Below are positions 24,926-32,000 of a stretch of 32,000 nt of DNA, in pieces. Each line of letters starts with the position of its first letter. Position 1 is the stretch's first letter. Under the pieces are notes generated by a model that ran no database searches, was not told the origin of the DNA, and was given only the letters and a program-made list of their open reading frames with translations. The stretch lies in contig CAYZRF010000009.1 in assembly GCA_964480775.1 (NCBI GenBank), positions 1-32,000 on the forward strand, given 5' to 3'. This DNA is from an uncultured Nitrososphaerota archaeon (lineage in GTDB: Archaea > Korarchaeota > Korarchaeia > Korarchaeales > Korarchaeaceae). A program made the position numbers and the translations under genes.

Positions 24926-25736
24926 GAAATTTCCGAATTACTTCTGCGGCCTCGTCAACCGTCAAGAACTTTTTTGGGAATTTCCCAACCTTGAGGTTTA
25001 GCTCCACAACCTGTGGAGGTCTTATGAAAGCCTTTCGCAAAGTCTCATAGTCATATAAGACTTCTTCTACCGATCCATCCTTCAAGATCCTACCATCTGC
25101 CATCAAAATAACTCTTTTAGCAGTTCTGGCAACGAATCTCATGTCATGAGTTATTACTACAACAGTTTTACCTTCTTCATTGAGTCTTATGCATAGATCG
25201 CTTAGAACCTTTCTTCCAACATGATCTTGACCTGTTGTTGGTTCGTCTAAAACGAACACCTCAGGATTCATCGACAATATTGAGGCAACCGTTAGAAGCT
25301 TCCTCTTTCCGAAATCTAAATCATAAGGATGCATTTCTTCAGTTCCTTCCAATCCAACAACCTTCAAAGCCTCTTTTACTCTTCTATCCACCTCTTCCTC
25401 ACTTAAGTCCAAGTTTCTAGGACCATATGCAACTTCTTCGTAAACAGTACTCATAAATATCTGGTGAGCTGGGTTTTGGAACACATATCCGACCTTCGCT
25501 ACTATTTTATGGGTTGGGGTCTCTTTAGTGTCCATTCCTGCAACAACAACTCTACCCTTCGTAGGTTTTAAGAGTCCATTGAAATGTTTCGCCAAAGTTG
25601 TCTTTCCTCCACCATTCTGGCCTATCAAAGCAAGGATCTCTCCAGGATGGATCTCTAGGTTAATCTCTTTTAACGCAACGACTTCTGGACTGTATTCGAA
25701 CCAAACGTCCTCAACCCTAATTATTGGTTCAGTCAT
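24912..25736 (-). CDS. ECF transporter ATPase subunit (EcfA2-like) with a degenerate ABC signature
   Basis: 274 aa. Walker A is GQNGGGKTT, the Q-loop VFQNP, Walker B VFVLDEPTTGQD and the H-loop ITHDM. The position of LSGGQ reads LDFGK (25305..25319). The start overlaps the upstream stop (TAATG). Confidence 0.9.
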   Translation of the reverse strand: MTEPIIRVEDVWFEYSPEVVALKEINLEIHPGEILALIGQNGGGKTTLAKHFNGLLKPTKGRVVVAGMDTKETPTHKIVAKVGYVFQNPAHQIFMSTVYEEVAYGPRNLDLSEEEVDRRVKEALKVVGLEGTEEMHPYDLDFGKRKLLTVASILSMNPEVFVLDEPTTGQDHVGRKVLSDLCIRLNEEGKTVVVITHDMRFVARTAKRVILMADGRILKDGSVEEVLYDYETLRKAFIRPPQVVELNLKVGKFPKKFLTVDEAAEVIRKFLKSR

Positions 25737-26590
25737 TAACTTAACGCCTCCTTATAGAGATCTATTGCTTCATCTAGCGTTATTGGGTAATCTTCTCTTG
25801 ATACCCCCAACTCATTTCTGAGAAGGTGCGTGAGTTCAGTTACCGAAGGCGGATCTACCCCTATCTCCTTAAGTTTCTCTACGCTTGACAAAACTCTCTT
25901 TCCCTCACCTTTTAATACCATTTCCCCATCATATAGCGCTATAATCTCATCTGCAAATGTTGCAAGTTCCTCTATCTCATGCTCAGCGACTACTATCGTT
26001 TGACCTCCAGCAGCAAGTTCCTTAACAGTTTCGAAAACCTCAAACTTTCCTATGGGATCTAGTTGGGCAGTTGGTTCATCAAGTACCAGTATCTCGGGTC
26101 TTACTGCTAAAACGGTTGCTATGGCTAGCCTTTGTTGCTGTCCTCCAGAGAGTTCGTAAGGTGATCTTCCCTCCAGACCTTTTAATCCAACCGTTTCTAT
26201 AGCTTCTTTGACCCTTTTATCAATCTCTTCTTTAGGAAATCCGAGCATGGCAAGACCAAAAGCAACTTCTTCCTCTAATGTAGTTGCAACTCCCGATAGC
26301 TGATCTAGTGGATCCTGAAATACGATTCCTACCTTCGTCGAGAGCTCCGCTATGGTGTGTTTAAGGGTATCCATTCCAGCGACGATAACTTTGCCAGACA
26401 TTCTGCCGCCAAAGAACTGAGGCACAATTCCGTTTAGAGAAAGGCATAAAGTTGTCTTTCCAGCTCCGTTTGGACCTATTATCCCTAAAACTCCTCCTCT
26501 CTTAACTTTGAAGGAGATGTGCTTAAGCACATTCTCCCTCGTAGGGTAGGAATAAGTGACATCTTCAACAATGACCGGATACTCTTCCAA
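25736..26590 (-). CDS. ECF transporter ATPase subunit (EcfA1-like)
   Basis: 284 aa. Walker A is GPNGAGKTT, the Q-loop VFQDP, the signature is a canonical LSGGQQQRL, Walker B is ILVLDEPTAQLD and the H-loop is AEHE. Confidence 0.9.
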   Translation of the reverse strand: MEEYPVIVEDVTYSYPTRENVLKHISFKVKRGGVLGIIGPNGAGKTTLCLSLNGIVPQFFGGRMSGKVIVAGMDTLKHTIAELSTKVGIVFQDPLDQLSGVATTLEEEVAFGLAMLGFPKEEIDKRVKEAIETVGLKGLEGRSPYELSGGQQQRLAIATVLAVRPEILVLDEPTAQLDPIGKFEVFETVKELAAGGQTIVVAEHEIEELATFADEIIALYDGEMVLKGEGKRVLSSVEKLKEIGVDPPSVTELTHLLRNELGVSREDYPITLDEAIDLYKEALS

Positions 26591-26613
26591 TCTAATCGCC
26601 TCTTCCCATAAAA

Positions 26614-27564
26614 CTATCTCCCATAAACAACTCTGGAAACTAGGAGATCAATGAAGGCCTTACCATCAAGGTCAACGCAGACATTGGCATTCGCAGGTCT
26701 CTTAAAGGATTCCGGAAGCCATTCTCTAAGATCTGCCAGAGTTTCGCCGCGCGTTAAAGTACCGCAGACTTCAACATCTACATGAAGCCTCTTAAACTTG
26801 AAGATTTCTGGCTTTATCATATAGCTTAGGGCCATTGGATCGTGCATAGGAACTGGTTCTATAAGATAGACGAATCTTCTCAGCATCTTTTGTATTAACT
26901 CTCCCGTCTTAGTTCCTGCCTTGCCTATCTCTTCATAGAGGGATTTGCTTATCCCCGCATCTGGCCTCATGGTAACATCAAGACCGAAGGCGTAGATCTC
27001 TGCTCCTGAATTAAAGACTATTTTCGCTGCCAAAGGATCTGTAGCAATGTTGAACTCGGCTCTTGGACTTTCATTTCCATATCCCCAAGGAGTTGTTGCA
27101 TAGGCTCCACCCATTATAACGATAGAAGACAGTTTATTGGCAATATTGGGTTCAAGAAGCAATGCCATTGCAACATTGCTAAGAGGTCCAGTTGCTACGA
27201 TACTTATCTCCTTTGGACCACTGTCCATAACTTTCTCTCTTATGAAGTCAACAGCATGGCCCTTCGCAGGTTTCATACGGGGTTCTGGGAGATTAACGTC
27301 TCCAAGTCCATCTTGGCCGTGAACAAATTCAGCTGTCCTAAGTTCTCCAAACATAGGTCCTTTCATACCAGCAAATACTGGGACTTTCTCTAATCCCATA
27401 AATTCAAGCATTTTGAGGGCATTTTTCGTGGTTAATTCAAGAGGAACATTTCCTCCTACCGTTGTGATTCCTAAAATCTCCAATTCTGGAGATCTGCAAG
27501 CAAGCATTATAGCGATAGCATCGTCTATTCCAGGATCCATGTCCAGAATTACTTTCTTACCCAT
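26614..27564 (-). CDS. Nucleoside hydrolase (inosine-uridine preferring, IUNH family)
   Basis: 316 aa. The N-terminal Ca-binding fingerprint is ILDMDPGIDDAIAI (DxDxxxDD). ATGPLSN and the overall length are typical of the family. Confidence 0.9.
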   Translation of the reverse strand: MGKKVILDMDPGIDDAIAIMLACRSPELEILGITTVGGNVPLELTTKNALKMLEFMGLEKVPVFAGMKGPMFGELRTAEFVHGQDGLGDVNLPEPRMKPAKGHAVDFIREKVMDSGPKEISIVATGPLSNVAMALLLEPNIANKLSSIVIMGGAYATTPWGYGNESPRAEFNIATDPLAAKIVFNSGAEIYAFGLDVTMRPDAGISKSLYEEIGKAGTKTGELIQKMLRRFVYLIEPVPMHDPMALSYMIKPEIFKFKRLHVDVEVCGTLTRGETLADLREWLPESFKRPANANVCVDLDGKAFIDLLVSRVVYGR

Positions 27565-27566
27565 AT

Positions 27567-28415
27567 TTATCCCGCTACCACATATTTGAGATGAACAATG
27601 GGTGAATTCCCGTATTTCAAATAGATATACACAACTAAAATGGTCAAAGCTGCCATTCCAGCCATGAAAACGAAATCTTCCATTTGAAAAGTTATCTCCT
27701 TCAAAGGAGTCTTTTTAGTGGGGGCGGTAAAACCTCTCGACTCTAAAGTTATTGCTCTCGTCTGAACTCTATTCAATGAAGACAGAGTTAAAGGAACTAC
27801 CAAAGCTATGTAATTCTTGAACTTCTTTACAAGACCCACATCGGTCTTAAGACCTCTAGACACTTGAGCCTGAAAGATTGTTCCAACCTCATCTGCTAAA
27901 ATTGGAATGAGTTGGACTGCTGCAGTAAACATGTAAGCCAGCTTATACGACATTTTCATTTTCGTTATGGTAGAAGTTATCTCCGCCAGTGGAGTAGTCA
28001 AGTAGAAAAGCATCGCTGAACCTATGCAAACTCCCACCCTTGCAGGCCAGGTTATTGCATACGCTAATCCTTCATAATAAAAGGAAAATTCTCTGCCAAA
28101 TAACTTAATCGTAAAGAGAACTGTTTCATTACCCTGAAAACCTGCTGAAGGTGACAAGATAATTATCCCAACTAATATCCACGGAATCACTATTACGGCT
28201 TCAGTTAGATAGATCTGTTTGTGTATCTTTGCAATTCTTGCGCACATAAGTAGTGCGACAAGCAGCACTGAGACAAGTACATAATCATAGAAAAGGTAGG
28301 CTATTATAGATATCCACCAGAAAAAGATGAATTTTGTCCTTCCATCGAGCCGATGAAAAAAGGTGTTGCCTGCTGTATAAGCTCTCTTCAATAATAAGCT
28401 TCCTACAGCACTCAA
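27567..28415 (-). CDS. ECF transporter transmembrane T component (EcfT/CbiQ family)
   Basis: 282 aa, polytopic. The two coupling-helix x-R-G motifs are FQAQVSRGL and TLESRGF. Its stop lies 2 nt before the nucleoside hydrolase ATG. Confidence 0.85.
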   Translation of the reverse strand: MSAVGSLLLKRAYTAGNTFFHRLDGRTKFIFFWWISIIAYLFYDYVLVSVLLVALLMCARIAKIHKQIYLTEAVIVIPWILVGIIILSPSAGFQGNETVLFTIKLFGREFSFYYEGLAYAITWPARVGVCIGSAMLFYLTTPLAEITSTITKMKMSYKLAYMFTAAVQLIPILADEVGTIFQAQVSRGLKTDVGLVKKFKNYIALVVPLTLSSLNRVQTRAITLESRGFTAPTKKTPLKEITFQMEDFVFMAGMAALTILVVYIYLKYGNSPIVHLKYVVAG

Positions 28416-28458
28416 CTACATCACCAAAAAAGAGGAAAGGGGGAATTTATATAAACAA

Positions 28459-29049
28459 TTATCTCTTTGCCAAGACGAAGCGCTTAGGAACCCTGCTTGC
28501 GACGATAAGAGCTAAGATCCATGAGATTGATTTGTCTATTAGCTCAGTCGCCACATTCTGAAGATAGTATGCCAGAAGCTGATTCCCGGTGGCACTCAAA
28601 ACACCAAAGTAAACTATTGCTGTTGGTTTCGCTAGAGGACCGGCACCAAACGTGTAGAGCCCTATTGCTGTACATTGGATTGAGTAAACAAAACCTAACC
28701 ATAGGAAGGCAGGAATGAGCTTCAATGGTTTCTTTAGGTCATCCCAACCGAGTTTCATGAACATAAAGGACCATATGGCTATTGCTATGTTACATGTCCC
28801 CCAGATCCAAGCTGGTAGACCCCACACAGTCATAGCCATAATAAGGTTGTAAAGGAAACCTCCTATTGCTCCAACCCACACACCCGAGATCAGTGTTCCC
28901 AACATCGTAGCCCAGGTGTCTCCCCAAATGGGTAGTTTGAGAGTCTCTACTATTACCCCTGTCACGTAGTTCAGTCCTGCAATTACTGGAATCATTACTA
29001 GAGCCATTATCTTTGCCCCAGTAGGCACAACTTCCCTACTTTCTGACAT
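28459..29049 (-). CDS. ECF transporter substrate-capture S component, substrate unassigned
   Basis: 196 aa with about 6 TM. LKLPIWGDTWATMLGTLISGVWVGAIGGFLYNLI matches the l-P-l-y-l-D-t-i-G-T...G...G...N pattern common to ECF S components. It lies immediately upstream of ecfT. Confidence 0.65.
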   Translation of the reverse strand: MSESREVVPTGAKIMALVMIPVIAGLNYVTGVIVETLKLPIWGDTWATMLGTLISGVWVGAIGGFLYNLIMAMTVWGLPAWIWGTCNIAIAIWSFMFMKLGWDDLKKPLKLIPAFLWLGFVYSIQCTAIGLYTFGAGPLAKPTAIVYFGVLSATGNQLLAYYLQNVATELIDKSISWILALIVASRVPKRFVLAKR

Positions 29050-29095
29050 ACCGCATCATCTTCCTCGTTTCGTTAGTTGGCTAACCTGTCGCCTG

Positions 29096-29107
29096 ATATA
29101 ATATTAA
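29096..29107 (-). promoter_or_regulatory. TATA-like box upstream of the ECF S-component gene
   Basis: The minus strand reads ttaatattatat about 50 nt upstream of ATG 29049. It is preceded by the run tttcttttttgg (oligo-T core at 29126..29135), which could terminate or attenuate transcription coming from udp. Confidence 0.25.
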
Positions 29108-29153
29108 GATTTCCCCTTTTTCACCAAAAAAGAAATGTAGGTGTGGTAAAAGG

Positions 29154-30044
29154 TTAAACTATCAAACCACCTTTGTCCAATAGAACAATAGCTTCTAAAG
29201 CCACTCTTATCATGTTCTTTTCCCCTGATATAGCCTTACCTTCTTTCGTTTCAGTTGCTTGAACCGCATATTCCCTAATTCCTTCGGCTGGTTCCTCTCC
29301 GAATTCATCAACAACATTTACTATGCATCCTGCCTTTATTCCTCTGAGCCTTCCTACCGTCATAAGTGTTGCTGCTTCCATTTCAGCAGCTATAACCCCC
29401 ATTTTGTGCCAAAATTGATCCATTTTTCTTATTTTACCTGAATAAAGCGCATCTTCACTTCTAGTGATTCCTACCCAGTATTTGAAGCCTATTTCGTCTT
29501 TGAGCGAATCTGCTGCTCTAACTAGAGCCACATATACTTCTGGATCTGGAACTGCTGGATATCGGACTGGAACGTACTGCTTGCTAGTTCCATCCTCTCT
29601 TACGACTCCTTGGGATATAACGAGGTCCCCTATTTTGATACCTGGCTGAAGAGCCCCACAGCTTCCTACACGAATTATTACTTTTGCCCCCACGTTTGCA
29701 AGCTCCTCTACTGCTATAGCGGTGCTAGGTCCACCAATTCCTGATGATGTGGCTGATACTCGAATTCCCTTGTACGTTCCAGTTATTGTTCTGAACTCCC
29801 TGTTGAATGCAATTTGCTTGTAATCATCTAACAGCTCACCTATCCTTAGCACCCTTCCTGGATCACCAGGCATCAACACGTATTTAGCGACATCTCCCTT
29901 CCTGCACAAAATATGTGGCTGAAGCGTTCCTTCCATAGATTCTGAAGGTTCATGTAATTCTAATAAACTTGTTTGAGATTCCAGATTATGAAATCTCTTT
30001 TCACGAAAAACTATAAACACCTCCTTGTTGCACTCACTCTCCAC
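29154..30044 (-). CDS. udp: Uridine phosphorylase (PNP/UDP family 1); N-terminal 36 codons doubtful
   Basis: VLMPGDPGRVLRIGELL, SSGIGGPSTAIAVEELANVGAKVIIRVGSCGALQP and AAEMEAATLMTV are colinear with E. coli Udp. The ORF-track start is GTG 30044. The conserved part begins right after ATG 29936 (MEGTLQPHILCRKGD). Confidence 0.85.
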   Translation of the reverse strand: MESECNKEVFIVFREKRFHNLESQTSLLELHEPSESMEGTLQPHILCRKGDVAKYVLMPGDPGRVLRIGELLDDYKQIAFNREFRTITGTYKGIRVSATSSGIGGPSTAIAVEELANVGAKVIIRVGSCGALQPGIKIGDLVISQGVVREDGTSKQYVPVRYPAVPDPEVYVALVRAADSLKDEIGFKYWVGITRSEDALYSGKIRKMDQFWHKMGVIAAEMEAATLMTVGRLRGIKAGCIVNVVDEFGEEPAEGIREYAVQATETKEGKAISGEKNMIRVALEAIVLLDKGGLIV

Positions 30045-30082
30045 CCCTCAGTTTCAAAGCATGATGGTGCGTCTTCGCATTT

Positions 30083-31021
30083 TTATCCACGAAAACTACT
30101 TTGTTTCTCCTTAAGAAAGGCCTCAAGCTCTTCCAAGGTTGGAAGGGCTTCTTGGGCTCCTATCTTAGTGGTTGCTAGAGCTCCAGCATGATTCGCCATA
30201 AAAACAGCTTCGTTTAGGTTTTTTCCTGAAGCCAAAGCAAATGCAAGAGCACCACAAAAGGCATCACCAGCACCTGTTGTATCAACGGCTTTAACACTAA
30301 CTCCTGGGATAATTTTATGCTCATTCTTATCAACAAGCAGGGCTCCTTTTTTCCCAAGCGTTATAACTACGGCGTTTATACCAAATCCTAATAATTTTCT
30401 TCCCGCCTCTATAGCAGAATCTAAATCTTTTACAGGTATTCCAGTGAGAATTTCTGCTTCTACCTCGTTTGGAACAATTACATCCACTGATTCTAATAGC
30501 TCCTTAGGTAAGGACCTTGCGGGGGCAGGATTCAGAATTACCCTAAGGCCAATCTGTTTTGCGAGCGTAGCAGCATATTGAACAGTTTCTGTTGGAATCT
30601 CTAATTGAAGAAGGAGCACAGATGTCCTTTTCATTAGATCCTTTATCCTATTAACATCTTCAGGTGAACACCGAGAATTGGCTCCAGAGGCTACAGCTAT
30701 CAAATTCTTTCCAGCCTGATCAACCATTATAAGAGCGACTCCTGTATGTGCATTTTTGTCAATTGTTAGATAATCCACATTTACGCCTTTATCCTTGAAG
30801 TTCTTCAGAAGTATTCTTCCAAAATCATCGTCTCCTACCCTACCAACAAAATAAGACTCTGCTCCCAACTTTGAAGCTGCGACTGCTTGATTTGCACCTT
30901 TTCCTCCTGGAGACATCTTAAATTTCCCGCCAATTACAGTTTCTCCAACTACTGGGAGTTTTCTTAGTTTTACAATGAGATCCATGTTAGCAGAACCTAC
31001 TACAACAATCCTAGGACCCAA
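30083..31021 (-). CDS. rbsK: Ribokinase (PfkB family)
   Basis: 312 aa with a TTG start preceded by GGTGG. It is colinear with E. coli RbsK: VVGSANMDL, GGKGANQAVAA, NPAPA, PNEVEAE and TTGAGDAF. Confidence 0.9.
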   Translation of the reverse strand: MGPRIVVVGSANMDLIVKLRKLPVVGETVIGGKFKMSPGGKGANQAVAASKLGAESYFVGRVGDDDFGRILLKNFKDKGVNVDYLTIDKNAHTGVALIMVDQAGKNLIAVASGANSRCSPEDVNRIKDLMKRTSVLLLQLEIPTETVQYAATLAKQIGLRVILNPAPARSLPKELLESVDVIVPNEVEAEILTGIPVKDLDSAIEAGRKLLGFGINAVVITLGKKGALLVDKNEHKIIPGVSVKAVDTTGAGDAFCGALAFALASGKNLNEAVFMANHAGALATTKIGAQEALPTLEELEAFLKEKQSSFRG

Positions 31022-31232
31022 GGAACCACCGGCATTCCTTTCACGAAGAACTCAAAAAAGTGTTGCAGTTTGAAATACTTGTTGACACAATCCGCATTTT
31101 AAACCTATTTGAAGCTCCTAAAGACAGTTTAATAGTAGTTTAGGCCCAAAATTCAGATTATTTTCAAGTCTAGAATGGAAACAATCTCACTAACCAAAGA
31201 GATTAATTAATTTCTCAAAAGTTGGAATTTAG

Positions 31233-32000
31233 ATGGCTGATATCCTTATCAGACGTGGAATTGTAGTTCCCATGACTGAGAGAAAGATCTTGAAAGAAAC
31301 TTCAATTGCGGTAAGAGAAGGAAGAATTGTTGCTATGGGACCAGACGACACCATTAGAAGGGAATTTCCATCGGATATAGAGATAGATGCGTCCGATCAC
31401 ATAGTAATACCTGGTCTCATCAATACTCACACCCATCTCGCAATGACATTATTCAGAGGGGTGATGGATGGAGTTTCAGGCATGGAATGGCTCGACAGAG
31501 CGTGGTCCATAGAATCAAATCTCACTAGAGACGATGTATACTGGGGATCCTTGTTAGGTTGCTTAGAGATGATAAAAGGAGGAACCACCTGTTTTGCGGA
31601 TCACTACTTCTTCATGGATACAGTGGTAGACGCTGTTAAGGAGTCCTTTATTAGAGCTGCCTTAGCTCAAGCAATAATTGAAGAAGGAGGGCCTATGGGC
31701 ATAGATACCACGCTTGAGGGAAGTTTAAACTTTGCAAAGCGATATGATGGAGCGGCAAAGGGAAGGATAACTTGCATGCTTGGTCCACACTCTGCTTACA
31801 CTTGTAGTCCGGATCTATTGAAGGAAGTAAGAGGACTATCAGAGGAAACAGGTCTAAGGGTTCACATACACTTATCTGAAGGTATGTCTGAGTTAAGGAT
31901 TGTAAAAGAAAAGTATAAAACAACTTCAATAAGGTTACTCAACCAAATAGGACTTCTTAACCCAAAATTGCTGGCAGCTCATGTAGTCTTTGCCGATAAA
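31233..32000 (+). CDS. MtaD/DadD-like amidohydrolase (MTA/adenosine-type deaminase family), N-terminal 256 codons; continues past the right edge
   Basis: Absent from the ORF track because it is open-ended. ATG 31233 reads MADILIRRGIVVPMTERKILKETSIAVREGRIVAMGPDD..HIVIPGLINTHTHLAMTLFRG..GGTTCFADHYF..RVHIHLSEG, with no stop before 32000. The HxH and HxxE metal-ligand motifs are present. Confidence 0.8.
   Translation, partial: MADILIRRGIVVPMTERKILKETSIAVREGRIVAMGPDDTIRREFPSDIEIDASDHIVIPGLINTHTHLAMTLFRGVMDGVSGMEWLDRAWSIESNLTRDDVYWGSLLGCLEMIKGGTTCFADHYFFMDTVVDAVKESFIRAALAQAIIEEGGPMGIDTTLEGSLNFAKRYDGAAKGRITCMLGPHSAYTCSPDLLKEVRGLSEETGLRVHIHLSEGMSELRIVKEKYKTTSIRLLNQIGLLNPKLLAAHVVFADK

Noticed and set aside
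29072-29085. A hairpin GTTAG-TTGG-CTAAC in the leader of the ECF S-component gene, considered as a possible riboswitch
   Set aside because: It has only a 5-bp stem in a leader of about 25-50 nt. That is far too small for any known riboswitch aptamer, and no conserved aptamer motifs were recognised.
31117-31144. An inverted repeat CCTAAA-N16-TTTAGG in the divergent rbsK/deaminase control region
   Set aside because: It is a 6-bp repeat in AT-rich DNA and is expected by chance. I saw no second copy elsewhere in the window.
1-32000. A search by eye for CRISPR repeats, tRNA T-loop signatures (GGTTCGAATCC-like), rRNA, IS inverted repeats, integrases, toxin-antitoxin pairs and known defence-system hallmarks
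   Set aside because: None was found. The intergenic spacers are short (mostly under 220 nt) and show no periodic repeats. The hypothetical proteins show no nuclease, ATPase or HEPN-type motifs that I could recognise.

Overview
The window reads as a densely coding archaeal chromosomal segment. Roughly low-40s % GC is my estimate by eye; it was not computed. The archaeal assignment rests on four features: a short ERCC4+HhH2 XPF nuclease with no helicase part, an archaeal-type short triosephosphate isomerase, a Roadblock/LC7 protein, and a tungsten-type aldehyde:ferredoxin oxidoreductase. First genes of operons sit about 25 nt downstream of A/T-rich TATA-like boxes. Internal genes carry GGAGGTGA-type Shine-Dalgarno sites. 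Together these point to a TACK/Thermoproteota-like lineage (inference). I support about 31 protein genes and one decayed gene remnant. I found no rRNA, tRNA, CRISPR array, transposase or integrase by eye. Content by block: (1) transport and housekeeping genes: partial MFS, ClC/CBS channel, Ca-type P-type ATPase, XPF, tpiA and a HAD-IIA phosphatase. (2) A polyferredoxin-AOR operon. (3) A compact three-gene corrinoid methyltransferase operon (corrinoid protein, MT1, MT2). Its MT1 is an MtmB-family (monomethylamine methyltransferase) homologue that reads through the pyrrolysine position with a sense codon. This is the most interesting candidate for an undescribed system. (4) A multidomain DsbD/CcdA-type thiol-disulfide membrane protein. 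(5) A BtpA-amidohydrolase-MFS operon. (6) A seven-gene minus-strand nucleoside-scavenging block: rbsK, udp, then ECF-S, ECF-T, a nucleoside hydrolase embedded in the transporter, and two ECF ATPases, one with a degenerate ABC signature. A divergent MtaD-like deaminase gene runs off the right edge. All homology statements come from motif recognition by reading the translations. No database search was run.
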